Shown in pieces: positions 34,017 through 44,596 of a stretch of DNA of 64,000 nucleotides. The position numbers and the translations under genes are program-made. Source of the DNA: TPA_inf: Saccharomyces (taxonomy: Eukaryota). Below the pieces are notes generated by a model. It was given only the letters and a program-made list of their open reading frames with translations, did not search any database and was not told the origin of the DNA. The stretch's first letter is position 1. Every line of letters starts with the position of its first letter. The DNA is taken from the NCBI GenBank assembly GCA_000146045.2, contig BK006947.3:288001-352000 (forward strand), written 5' to 3'.

Positions 34017-34218
34017 GGCGAAATACTCACCTCTTTACTATTAAAATAATAGAATTTATCAGAAAAAAAGTCAGCAACATCAAAAATAACAGATGGATGG
34101 CTCTAGGATAAAGGATTCTTATTCTCTTACGATTGTCTATGTTCTTTTGGTATTTATTTTAACTTTATATATCTGTCTTAATTTATAAATATTTATAACA
34201 ACCCTTGGCGTAATGTAA

Positions 34219-35565
34219 TCATTTAGTTCCAATCCAAAATTGGCCATTTTCGCCACGATCAATTTGCTTTCTCAGATGTCTACTTAATAACACTCCGACC
34301 TCATATTTCTCCTTCGTTTTCTTGTCAAGATATTCTTGAAGCTTCACTACGGCTCTATGTAGTCTCTTTCCGTCTTCCATAGATAAAGAACCCTGTGCAT
34401 TCATCTTGTTTAGATAGTCAATTTCCTTTTGTAACTTAATGCATTTCATGGATAAATAATCATGTCTTTTTTCCAGCTTGGCAATACTGCCCAGCTCAGA
34501 CGCTGATGTGATAGGAGAGGAGACTGGCGAATCATACTTATTTAGTGAAGATTTACGACTTCCGTTTCTTGAATTGGAATTGCTGCTCACCGAGATAACT
34601 CTGAACGGATTTGTAGGGCGTCGTGTCTCGAAATTCGCCATTTTTTTCTGTCCATCACCATCTGAATTAAAGTGATTTATATTGGTACCATCTTCTTTAG
34701 AATTCTTTTTAGGGATAAAAATTTTAGTTTGAGAATCTAAGGGAGTGCTTCCTCCAGAGCGATTGGGACAATTCTCTGAATTATCGTCATGGGGTGTTTG
34801 ATCAGCTAAACGGCTGCTCTCATGGTTGTATTCATTGTCACCTCCTACAACTATGGTTTGCGGTTGTATATCTAGATCCTTATTAGCGGAAGAAAATTTG
34901 TCTAATACAAGTTCAGCGTCTAACTTGTTCTCACCGCCCAAGGTGTTATTCTGGGGCATGGGTGATTTGAAAGATTCAATCTCACTGTTTTCCTCTGTTC
35001 CCTTATCTACTCGCCCCTCTTCAACATCCGATTTTTCATCCTCCCATTCATCATCATTATTTTCGATAATTTCAACATCAGCTTCACCCCTGTTTTGATC
35101 TATATTGACTGTACCATCTTCTTTGTTCTCAGTGCAGGAGTCCTTTGCCTTTTCATTTCCAGCGGAATTTGCGACAAATGAATTATAGGAGTCACCAATA
35201 GCAATGGCGGTGTGAGTTATCTGCTCTTTCGCTATAAAAGGTTGAGTAACCGATAGCTGGGATGGGTCATCCGTACTCTTATTCGCTTCATTCTCAGTGG
35301 GAATATGGACCTGTGCGGTTTTGTGCTCTTCAACCTGAGCTGAATCTCCTGGGTTACTATCCGCTCCATCATTGCCACTAAAAAGAGCCGTTTCTGCCAC
35401 CTTTACAGCGTCGACCACACCCGTATCCTTGACATTATCTTCGACAGCTTCGTCCTCCGCAGGTTCAACTAATTGTAAATTTTCGTCAATCATCTGGTTC
35501 ATCTGGTTGATATCTATCTCTATTTGAGAAAGCCTCTTCTTTATCTTGTCCTGGTCCAAGCCCAT
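34219..35565 (-). CDS. BNI5: Septin-associated protein, acidic with C-terminal coiled coil, 448 aa
   Basis: The 448-aa length and synteny fit. The C-terminus is coiled-coil. Confidence 0.65.
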   Translation of the reverse strand: MGLDQDKIKKRLSQIEIDINQMNQMIDENLQLVEPAEDEAVEDNVKDTGVVDAVKVAETALFSGNDGADSNPGDSAQVEEHKTAQVHIPTENEANKSTDDPSQLSVTQPFIAKEQITHTAIAIGDSYNSFVANSAGNEKAKDSCTENKEDGTVNIDQNRGEADVEIIENNDDEWEDEKSDVEEGRVDKGTEENSEIESFKSPMPQNNTLGGENKLDAELVLDKFSSANKDLDIQPQTIVVGGDNEYNHESSRLADQTPHDDNSENCPNRSGGSTPLDSQTKIFIPKKNSKEDGTNINHFNSDGDGQKKMANFETRRPTNPFRVISVSSNSNSRNGSRKSSLNKYDSPVSSPITSASELGSIAKLEKRHDYLSMKCIKLQKEIDYLNKMNAQGSLSMEDGKRLHRAVVKLQEYLDKKTKEKYEVGVLLSRHLRKQIDRGENGQFWIGTK

Positions 35566-35831
35566 CGTTTCTGTTGTTCTATTTCACACTAACATAGCAT
35601 CACCATAACAGTAAATCAAATTACAAAACTATTAATGATTTTTGTTTATTATGAAGTTTGAATTTTCAGCGCAATATTTATTTCATAACGCGTCTAAAAT
35701 GGTCTGGGTTCTGGGCATCTCTAAAGCCCTTCACTACTAGTGAAGAAGAAGAACAAGTAAGGCTTTTGGAAAAGAAAGAGCATCAAATTGAACGATAGGA
35801 GAAGTGCTACATACATTTGCCAAAGATCCGC

Positions 35832-37052
35832 ATGGATAGAGTACGCTCTTTGATTGGAAATCGCCGGGGACGCCGACATAATCGCCAACATCCTCCGTAT
35901 CCTCACAGTGGGTCTCCATCCACCGTCAATCTCTTGGGAGCTAATGGTTATGGAGACGACCAATCTACAATATTTGCACGAGAAAATGAATCTCTGGAAA
36001 CCTCTGCCAACGAGGGCGATGATAGTGCGGATGCAGCTACTTTGAATACAGCGGTATCAGAAGGCTCAACAATTGGAGACCTACAAAGACAGGGTTATGT
36101 TAACAGAGCCCCAAGATTCACGTCAGAAAGAGCCATGCCATTCGTTTCGGTGCTACTACAACGAGGGTTTTTTGCATTCCCCAGTGAAGAATCTCTCCAG
36201 CTATTTTTACACAACAAGAGGAAGCTCGATAACATTGATCCAAAGAGGGGTCTAGGACTTCCCCTATTTCACGCCATTTCTTTAAACCTGGTCAAGTCGC
36301 TTTTCAGTGATCAAAATACACCGGTAATGAGGATATATAAATACGTTATGATAGACTCCCAATGCGATAAACCTCCATTAAACTCAGAAGTGGTCTCTCG
36401 AATAAACGAAAATGTCTCCATATATAAATATGAATTCTGCACTATTCTAAAAAAAATGGAAAGCCATAATTTTTCGAGCAGGGTAGAGCACGATTTTATA
36501 TTTCATAGAAAAGATGAACCTGATGTTCATATCCCCATGATTAATTACAATCAAAGGAAAAATGCGGATACGGCAATTCATGGATTAAATCTTCGTTGGT
36601 ACGGGACAACTAGTTTAGCTTCACCTTTTGGCTCAAATAGCATCAACCTACTTGTACTCGATGATACGATGGCATCCTACATGAACCAACAAACTATTGA
36701 AGAGTTTGATTCTTACAGCCGTTCCCGTCCCACAAGACCGCTGGGTTATCTCCCAGTATGGGCCAGATACACAGATGATAAAGTTAGTGTCATACCGAAA
36801 AAAAGAACTTTGAGAGTAGCTACCTTGTACTTACAAGAAACTGATTCGTTTGATGATGGCTCTAGTTTAACATCTACCAATTATACTGAAATGGGCTCTA
36901 ATATCATTGAAAATGTGCCGTGGGATAGTCAGATACTTACTTGCATGTGCATGCTATTACATGAATATGAATCAAGAAAGGAGAAACGCCACACCGCATG
37001 GGGCAGCTCGACCACATATATGCTAAATGGACCGGCAGGATTACTGATGTAA
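35832..37052 (+). CDS. Protein of unknown function YNL165W, 406 aa from the second Met
   Basis: The track ORF is 411 aa. The Met at +6 (MDRVRSLIGN) gives the annotated 406 aa. Confidence 0.6.
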   Translation: MDRVRSLIGNRRGRRHNRQHPPYPHSGSPSTVNLLGANGYGDDQSTIFARENESLETSANEGDDSADAATLNTAVSEGSTIGDLQRQGYVNRAPRFTSERAMPFVSVLLQRGFFAFPSEESLQLFLHNKRKLDNIDPKRGLGLPLFHAISLNLVKSLFSDQNTPVMRIYKYVMIDSQCDKPPLNSEVVSRINENVSIYKYEFCTILKKMESHNFSSRVEHDFIFHRKDEPDVHIPMINYNQRKNADTAIHGLNLRWYGTTSLASPFGSNSINLLVLDDTMASYMNQQTIEEFDSYSRSRPTRPLGYLPVWARYTDDKVSVIPKKRTLRVATLYLQETDSFDDGSSLTSTNYTEMGSNIIENVPWDSQILTCMCMLLHEYESRKEKRHTAWGSSTTYMLNGPAGLLM

Positions 37053-37264
37053 ACCCATTTGCATTTACTTGTGTTTTTTCCTGTTACTATTTAGTCATAA
37101 TACCGCTAAGAAGCATATAAATATTCAAAGAGAAATATTGTCGTACACCATTAATTTTTCAATAACTCTTAAATACGTTTAGAATGTCACAAGTTTTCCT
37201 CACAAGTTTTCCTCTATTATGTAATGTTCCCTATACTACTTTATTCCTACAGTAATAATGTTGA

Positions 37265-38320
37265 CTATCTATTCCTTTTCCTACTATCTTGTTCATCTCT
37301 TGGTGGATTCGGCATACGATTGTAACCAAACGTACGATTATACCACTTTATCATGTTACGTGGTGGTTCACCAAACACCATGTAGTACTCGCAAAATAAA
37401 CACATGGGACTTGATTCGTTAACTAGGACAGAGAAATCTGGAACACGGTTTTCCGTTCTGGAAATATATTCAAAATCATGATAATAGTAGTTTCGTAGTT
37501 TGGATAAGTTTTCATAATGATGATGCGGGCAACAACTTTTATGGTCTCTAGATTCGTCATAAAAGTCATGTCGCCTTACATGCCCATTCTTTTTCGAGTT
37601 CTTTGACCTGCTGTGCTTTCTAGAAGATATGGAATGTTGACCGTCTCCATGCAAACGAGCTGCGTCAACGGTATCATGATCGATATCTGTGACTTCTTCT
37701 GCAACATCTAAATCCTCTACATTTGTTACAGTTCGCAACCCCCCCTGTTCTTCACTTCCAAACCCTCCCGGTAACACCGATTCTATCATTTGAGAAATCT
37801 TTTCCCCTATACCATCCGGTGTATCCAGTTCTTGGCTCTCATAATCGAAAATTATTTCGGCTTCTTCGCCATCCAAGTTAAGTTCTGAGTCTTTAAGATC
37901 ATCATCTAAAATATTTTGCAAGTCCTCCTCTATTATGAAGTCTGCACTATTTCTAGAAGCTATTTGGCCTATTTTACTTTCAAAGGTTTCCTTTTCCTCT
38001 GCGGAATCAATGTGGTATGCACTTTGGCCATCTATTTTCGCAAGTTCATCTTCCAAACTCAACGAGTCCATCTTAGGAAGAGCATCTTTGAGCTCTTCTA
38101 ACCGTGCATTTGATAAAGCTTTTCCTCCATTTCTTATAACGAATTGCATTGCATGAGGAGCGTTTTGAAAAGCTTGTCTGTCTTGAAGCTGATTGGAAAG
38201 AATTTTAGTCAGCGCTTTCACACCTTCTTGCATCATAACGTTTATTGGCATAGGTCCATCCTCTGAAAGTACCTCCACAGATGCATTAGTCGTTCCACTA
38301 GATTGGTTTGTAGGTGTCAT
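37265..38320 (-). CDS. IBD2: Bfa1-dependent spindle-checkpoint component, 351 aa
   Basis: The 351-aa length and synteny fit. The C-terminus is Cys/His-rich. Confidence 0.65.
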   Translation of the reverse strand: MTPTNQSSGTTNASVEVLSEDGPMPINVMMQEGVKALTKILSNQLQDRQAFQNAPHAMQFVIRNGGKALSNARLEELKDALPKMDSLSLEDELAKIDGQSAYHIDSAEEKETFESKIGQIASRNSADFIIEEDLQNILDDDLKDSELNLDGEEAEIIFDYESQELDTPDGIGEKISQMIESVLPGGFGSEEQGGLRTVTNVEDLDVAEEVTDIDHDTVDAARLHGDGQHSISSRKHSRSKNSKKNGHVRRHDFYDESRDHKSCCPHHHYENLSKLRNYYYHDFEYISRTENRVPDFSVLVNESSPMCLFCEYYMVFGEPPRNMIKWYNRTFGYNRMPNPPRDEQDSRKRNR

Positions 38321-38740
38321 TTTCTTGATGATATGGCATGAAAATAGAAGAGAAGAGAATATGATTAAAGCTATAAATTCGTCGTAAGAAGCACGATATC
38401 AGTAAATATGGATAACAAATTACCAAATATTTAGCAAAGAAATTCCTATTCAGGGTATATGCAAAAAGTGCAATCTGTAGTTCTTGCTGTAGCTCTCGCT
38501 TATTTTGCCATTCTCATCGTCCAGATCATCTCAACTTTCTTGTCCCATCGCTAAAACATTCACTCGCGCGAGAGTATGTAGTATATCATAGAATACGTAA
38601 GACTGGAAATGCTTGAAAACTGTGCTATTTCATCTCATATTCAAGTGAATATACATACATACATACATATATTTATATATATTTTCAACTAGTGAAAACT
38701 ATCTATATTAGTCTATGATTCATATAAACCCTAAAAAACC

Positions 38741-41700
38741 TTAATTCTTTTTCAAAGTACGTTGTTTTTCGGCATTTTCGACAACTTTTTCTTCAATGAA
38801 TAGACCTTTCCTTCTTCTGATGGCATTCATATGCTTACGGGCAATATTCTCTCTATCTGCTGTATCACCTAGTTCCTCCAATTCTTCTTCTGTGGTTGGG
38901 ACCCAAAATGGATCTAAATCGATACACTCGAATCCGGAAAATACCAATTGAGGTTGTGCTGCACCAGATGTTCGTTTACGAATATCTTCACTTAAACCGA
39001 ATGCTTCCACAACGGGCACATGTGCCTCAATTTGAAAAAACGGTGTACCTTCTTTCATTTCTTCAGAAATGATTTTACCATGCCTCTGTAGAATAACGGC
39101 ATACACTTTTCCAAGTACATCGACAGAGGTTTGAATATCACATGAGTAAATTGCCCACATAATTCTTGGGGACCAGTCTAAAAAGGCCTCATGTATAGCG
39201 TCCCTTGTAGAAGTTATCAACCTCCCTGATAAGTCCACAATATGTTGTTGGTAGCGCGGATCTTCAATAGATTCAATTTCGTCTTGTGACATCTTATGTA
39301 CGCTTTCAACAAGAACACACATTCCCTGTACGGGCTCATTTGCCAGAGGTCCTTCGCTAACAGCCAGTTGGAAGCCATTTTTGATGGAATCTGAATACTC
39401 AAAGGCTGCTGGAGTACCTTCAAATAGGCTTCCAAGAAGATTATCCTGCGACAGCAAAATGTTGCACCCAACTCTACTTGGCCCAAAACCTGCTAACTTT
39501 ACTTTAAACCCACTTAATAGTTCTCTGCTCTTCTCCTCCTGATTTATGACCTCTTCAAAAGCAACGAGTAAAGACTTTTTGTCTAGAAAAGAACTTCCAG
39601 TTGATTCTATGACGGGATCCATGCTTGAAGTGGACGTCTTCAAAATGTTTTTAATGCTATTTTGATGTTGAGATAAAAAGTCTGTAACTTTACCGCTTAA
39701 TGGGAACGTTCTGAATGTAATCTTGTACTGGCTCAATAGTAGTTCATGAACACCCCTTCCCAGCTGTGAATTCTGCGGTGGATTCATATCTGAGGCTGAT
39801 AAAAATGTTTCCCTATATGGAATAGCCGGTTCAGAATGTGTAATTTCTATTCCTGCAAATCTCTCTGTTAAATCTTTTAGGCATCTTTCTAAATGTAATT
39901 CACCGGCCGTACACAGAATGTGTTCACCAGTATTTTCAACGTATGTGTGCACGCAAGGATCTGCTTGATCCAACAACTTTAATCCTCGTACCAACTTGCT
40001 CATTTCCACAGGATTGGCTGGCTCCACAGCAACACGAACGATTGGCGTAAAATGGAAATTGACGCCCGCTAGATTGACGCCTTGTACGCCCTTCTCTATC
40101 AACGTACCACTCTTTAAAACTTTACCGGCCAGACCACGAATACCGACTATATTTCCTGATGGACAAACGTCCAAAGGAACCAATTCCTTACCCATAAACA
40201 AATATAAATGCGTAATAATCGCAGTTTCAATATGCTCCTCTGGACATTTTGGATCATATTTTGGACCCAATACCGAAATCTCCTGACCAACTCTTAGTGT
40301 GCCACTGTATATTCTTGCAAATGCTACCAAGCATTCTTCCTTTTCGTCAAAAATATCATCTACTTCATCGTTCACATCCTCTGAAATTTGCTTAATACTC
40401 TCCAAAAGTGGATCTTCTTCCTCATATTCAAACATTGAACTTAGAGGGTCATTTGGATCTATGTCAGTTGGTACAAAATCTAGGCCGAAGTTATCTTGAC
40501 TATCTGAATCATCCTCCCCCTCATATTCAAATTCTAAATCCAAGGCGGAAGAAGGCTCTGAAACAACACAGAAAACATCATTATTTCTTGAAGGTTTTGG
40601 CTTTGTCTGTTCTCCTACTTCGGGGGTCATAACGGTATCTTTTGCTCTTTTATATAAATCTGATGTATTTTTAGAATTGTCATTCAAATCCATCATTGCC
40701 ATATTTTCTACCATACCAGCATGTTTTGCAGCATTAAGTGCTTCCTCACGTGCCTTTCTACTTCTCTCCATCAGCTCATCCGAAGATGCTATCCTCTTAG
40801 ATTCAACAGGTAATTCTTCTCTAGGAATTGAAAGCATCTTAGATACGTATGCACTAACTGGTCCTTCTTTATCACATGTCTTCATGGCTTTCAGAAGTCT
40901 TGGATCCATGGCTGCTGTGTCGGATTCGGAGACCAAAATAGTGTTCAAACGATCGGTTTGTGATTCCAAAGGTGAAGGTAATTTTTCAATAACTGTTAAC
41001 AATACTGCTGTGCTGACGGGTAGCCATTGACCCATGATAGTTCTTAACAATTGTTTATCGTCCTTCGACCTTAGATCACGTGCAAGTAGCTTAATATTTA
41101 AAGTTTTTGCTATTTTTTCGACCATTTCAGAATCTCTCGATGTGATTATGTTTTGATAAATTTTCCATATATTTTCGAGGATTAGCGATGTGAAAAGGGG
41201 TTTCAGGGATCTTCCCTTAAGGCCTTTATTGTTAATAATTTTTTTTGTCTTGGGATCCATATAGAAATCACCCCATAAAACTTTCTGTAGGTTTTCCCTT
41301 TTAGCGCCTAATTTTTGTTCGTAAAATTTGGCCAATTGACCGATGTTGAAACCCCAACCATCAATTGCGGAAGCAAAAATAACGTTGTTATCAGTAGGGT
41401 TAAAGTAAATACCCGAATCATCCTTTTCAATATATTCCGCGTTTTCGTTCTTTTCTAATTGCTCCCTCCAAAATAAATCATCCAATTGTCTCTCGTTTGC
41501 GAAAAAGGACCCGATAACTGAGTTGACTTGTTCAATGACTTTGGACAAGTGAATATAAGCTTCTTGGGGAGTTAGTTGTAGTTCTGTGATCAATCTATCA
41601 ATCTTATTCAATACTAAAATGGGCTTCAGCTTCTCCGTCCAACATTGTCTCAACACTGTGACGGTTTGCGAGCATACCCCCTCTACGACATCAACCAGTA

Positions 41701-42073
41701 CGACAGCACCATCACATAGTCTTGAAGCTGCACTGACCTCACTTGAAAAATCAATGTGACCTGGGGAATCAATTAAGTTTACTAGATGCTCGCTTACAAG
41801 AGGCTCATCGGAACCTTCTTGTTTACGCAATACCCTAAAATATAAAGAGATAGCCGATGATTCCATTGTGATACCACGTAGTTGTTCGTCAGGCCTGGCA
41901 TCTAAGAATCGAATTTTGCCGGCAAGCCTTTGTGATATAATACCATTCGAAGCCAAAAGAGAATCTGAAAGTGAAGTTTTACCGTGATCAACATGAGCAA
42001 CAATACATATATTTCTTATACAGGAAGGGTCATTTTGCAGACGTTTGTAAGTCTCCGATTCCACTCTAGGCAT
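38741..42073 (-). CDS. RIA1: EF-2-like cytoplasmic GTPase for 60S maturation (Tif6 release), 1110 aa
   Basis: The G1 motif AHVDHGKT and G3 motif DSPGHIDF are present, with an eEF2-like domain layout and an acidic insertion. Length is 1110 aa, and the promoter carries a PAC element. Confidence 0.9.
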   Translation of the reverse strand: MPRVESETYKRLQNDPSCIRNICIVAHVDHGKTSLSDSLLASNGIISQRLAGKIRFLDARPDEQLRGITMESSAISLYFRVLRKQEGSDEPLVSEHLVNLIDSPGHIDFSSEVSAASRLCDGAVVLVDVVEGVCSQTVTVLRQCWTEKLKPILVLNKIDRLITELQLTPQEAYIHLSKVIEQVNSVIGSFFANERQLDDLFWREQLEKNENAEYIEKDDSGIYFNPTDNNVIFASAIDGWGFNIGQLAKFYEQKLGAKRENLQKVLWGDFYMDPKTKKIINNKGLKGRSLKPLFTSLILENIWKIYQNIITSRDSEMVEKIAKTLNIKLLARDLRSKDDKQLLRTIMGQWLPVSTAVLLTVIEKLPSPLESQTDRLNTILVSESDTAAMDPRLLKAMKTCDKEGPVSAYVSKMLSIPREELPVESKRIASSDELMERSRKAREEALNAAKHAGMVENMAMMDLNDNSKNTSDLYKRAKDTVMTPEVGEQTKPKPSRNNDVFCVVSEPSSALDLEFEYEGEDDSDSQDNFGLDFVPTDIDPNDPLSSMFEYEEEDPLLESIKQISEDVNDEVDDIFDEKEECLVAFARIYSGTLRVGQEISVLGPKYDPKCPEEHIETAIITHLYLFMGKELVPLDVCPSGNIVGIRGLAGKVLKSGTLIEKGVQGVNLAGVNFHFTPIVRVAVEPANPVEMSKLVRGLKLLDQADPCVHTYVENTGEHILCTAGELHLERCLKDLTERFAGIEITHSEPAIPYRETFLSASDMNPPQNSQLGRGVHELLLSQYKITFRTFPLSGKVTDFLSQHQNSIKNILKTSTSSMDPVIESTGSSFLDKKSLLVAFEEVINQEEKSRELLSGFKVKLAGFGPSRVGCNILLSQDNLLGSLFEGTPAAFEYSDSIKNGFQLAVSEGPLANEPVQGMCVLVESVHKMSQDEIESIEDPRYQQHIVDLSGRLITSTRDAIHEAFLDWSPRIMWAIYSCDIQTSVDVLGKVYAVILQRHGKIISEEMKEGTPFFQIEAHVPVVEAFGLSEDIRKRTSGAAQPQLVFSGFECIDLDPFWVPTTEEELEELGDTADRENIARKHMNAIRRRKGLFIEEKVVENAEKQRTLKKN

Positions 42074-42204
42074 ATTTGCTTATCGTGCTTAGAAAAATAA
42101 CTGAGTTTGGTTATTTTATAAACTATTTTGATAATCTTGATGATGTACAAAGATTGTATTTCGGGTGCACCTATCTATCAATATTCTTGGCTCTTAAGTT
42201 CCCA

Positions 42205-42253
42205 TTTTTCAAAATTTCTTTTCTCGTAGGAAAAAGAAAAAGGAAGCGATGAG
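42205..42253. promoter_or_regulatory. RIA1: PAC (GCGATGAG, 42246-42253) and RRPE-like (TTTTCAAAATTTC, 42205-42217) in the RIA1 / YNL162W-A divergent promoter
   Basis: Exact PAC octamer about 173 bp upstream of the RIA1 ATG. Confidence 0.65.
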
Positions 42254-42328
42254 CTGAAAATTCCACTTTACAATATATCGAATATCCAGTATACCAAAAC
42301 TACATACAAACGAACACGTCATTAAAAG

Positions 42329-42547
42329 ATGTCTGATAAGCCCGACTCCCAAGTATTTTGTCCAAATTGCAATGAAAGACTTCAAAAGTGTTTAGTACAG
42401 CAAAATTATGCCATTATAATATGTCCCAGCTTAGTCTGCGGCTACCCATTCAATCAAAGAGAAGTACTCGAAAATCTAACGTATGTAGACGATAATGACG
42501 TCTTAAAAGTTGCAAAAAAAAGATTATCTTCACGAAGCAAACCATAA
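42329..42547 (+). CDS. Small Cys-rich protein of unknown function (YNL162W-A), 72 aa
   Basis: The ORF has C11-x2-C14 and C32-x4-C37, with one further Cys between them. It lies in the divergent RIA1 promoter region. Confidence 0.6.
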   Translation: MSDKPDSQVFCPNCNERLQKCLVQQNYAIIICPSLVCGYPFNQREVLENLTYVDDNDVLKVAKKRLSSRSKP

Positions 42548-42949
42548 AATAGTTGCACTATTGCTGTTCATTATCTTTCATTATCCCTAGTAACGCCATT
42601 GCAGAGTCAAATATGAGCGATAACAATATAAAGAGCAATAACATGATAGTTGAAATTAACATAAAAGAAGCGACATAATTAAAGGTCTCAAAGAGTGAAG
42701 ATCAAGTATCCGGTTTTTACGAATAATCTACTTTCTATGTGAAACCCAAAAAAGTTCGTACAAGGAAAACTAAAAAGTGTGTAATAACTTGTCTAGCTTT
42801 GGCATTAAAACTTGTCAATTATTCATCACCAATATAGACTAATGCGTTTTGGAACGCCAAACCGCAGTGACAAATAGCAAATATGTAGCTGTCATATCGG
42901 CATATAATAACAGTTTTCTACCAAATGCTGTCCTACATTCAGAGATCTT

Positions 42950-42962
42950 ACATCCTTACATC
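42950..42962. promoter_or_regulatory. RPL42A: Rap1-like site candidate (ACATCCTTACATC vs ACACCCRYACAYM) about 370 bp upstream of RPL42A
   Basis: Two mismatches to the consensus. The position is typical for a ribosomal-protein gene promoter. This is a weak call. Confidence 0.3.
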
Positions 42963-43320
42963 TAAAGTAAAACCTAGACATTTACTTCGAGTTATACTTT
43001 TTTTTTATTTATCTATTTTTTCTCTTGCGGACATTTAACACCTGAATTCCGCCTAACGCCAGGACTGATCCTGCCAGGGAAGGGAGCTTTGTCTAGTGCC
43101 AATAGGCCGGACCAGTAGGAAGGTTACAGCAGCTGGCCCGCAGAGTGATTGGGTCACAGGAAATAGCGCAACCTTCTCTTTTGCCCGGGAAAGGCGGTTC
43201 AATCTACCTTCGAAGGGCTAGTACATGAGCGCGAAGGAGGCAGATAATAGCACCATTAAGTGGTCCAAATGCATCTTGAAATCTAATCCTTAATAGAGGA
43301 AAACAACAATTATCAGTAAA

Positions 43321-44154
43321 AATGGGTATGTTATAACCATAATTCCTAATGGTGAATAAAATCAGGACCAATAAAGAAAAGCTAATTTGATTTTTATTGT
43401 CAATGAAATTTCATAATCGTCATGAATGCATAAACAGACACACCTAGCAACTGTATAATCTGCGCCTAAAAAGGGCGTATACACAAAACTAAACGATGCG
43501 CAATAAAAGTTCAGCAGTCAGCAATGAAACCGAGATATGCAGCAACAGAGTATCATATGCATGGAGGATCCTTTCTGTTTTTCTGATAATATGCTCTGAA
43601 AAAGCTCCAAACAGCACAGTAGCCTATTTGTGAAGCTCAAAAAAGGCTTCTATTTCCCTCGCTATCTTCAGATTGTGCAGTGATATTCTTTGAGGAAGGA
43701 AACGTAGAGGGGATAAGTTGGATAACTGTTATTTCTTTTCAATATGCTAGATTTTGCTTACCACCTTACTGATTTTTTCTAATAATAAACTTTTTTACTA
43801 ACATTAGTACGATGTCTCATCTATTTCTTCTATTTAGTTAACGTTCCAAAGACCAGAAAGACCTACTGTAAGGGTAAGACCTGTCGTAAGCACACTCAAC
43901 ACAAGGTTACTCAATACAAAGCTGGTAAGGCTTCCTTGTTTGCCCAAGGTAAGAGACGTTATGACCGTAAACAATCTGGTTTCGGTGGTCAAACCAAGCC
44001 TGTTTTCCACAAGAAAGCTAAGACTACCAAGAAGGTTGTTTTGAGATTGGAATGTGTCAAATGTAAGACCAGAGCCCAATTGACCTTGAAGAGATGCAAG
44101 CACTTCGAATTGGGTGGTGAAAAGAAGCAAAAGGGTCAAGCTTTGCAATTCTGA
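43321..44154 (+). CDS. RPL42A: Ribosomal protein eL42 (L44e), 106 aa, spliced: exon 1 = 43321..43324 (ATG G), exon 2 = 43838..44154
   Basis: ATGG is followed directly by GTATGT at 43325. The branchpoint TACTAAC is at about 43796-43802, with the 3' ss TAG at 43835-43837. The joined frame encodes [15 protein letters not shown]...KGQALQF. Confidence 0.9.
43325..43837 (+). other. RPL42A: Spliceosomal intron of RPL42A (513 nt)
   Basis: GTATGT 5' ss, TACTAAC branchpoint and TAG 3' ss are all present. Confidence 0.85.
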
Positions 44155-44596
44155 ATCTCTTTATGGGTTTCGCTTTTGTATTTTCTTTGCTTTAAAATCT
44201 GATATAATTACATATTATTACAATATAAAACTTTACGATAATTCCTGCAACTAATGATGCGTTAGTACGGTTCGGGCGCTCTAGGACGCGTGTCGGTCGG
44301 GTAACCATCATTCTTATTCGACGAAAATGATTAGTTTCCAGAGAAGCAGTTGCACTCCAGTTTGATCTGCAGTCCAGCGACTATTTTTAACATTCAAAGA
44401 TCATTTTTCGTTTGAATAGTTGAGCAAGGTCATATAAATTTCTATATCACACGAATAAGGGTTCAGATATTGCTTTATTATCGGCGAACACTGATATTAC
44501 CACATAGATATCGCTCTTTTTTTGAAACGTAAGCGTAAATTTCAGTATAGGTACACGTCTGCGCTGATCCTTCTGTAATCCTCTGCAGTTTTCGCA

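Noticed and set aside
38641-38700. ACATACATACATACAT / TATATTTATATATATTTTC stretch downstream of RIA1, as a possible ARS or microsatellite
   Set aside because: The best ACS alignment has two or more mismatches. It is a short AT-rich terminator-region repeat of no clear significance.
43195-43215. tRNA B-box-like GGTTCAATC, and a similar GGTTCGACAACC at 47415
   Set aside because: No complementary T-stem, A-box or acceptor-stem pairing could be built around either, so they are not tRNA genes. I found no tRNA in the window.
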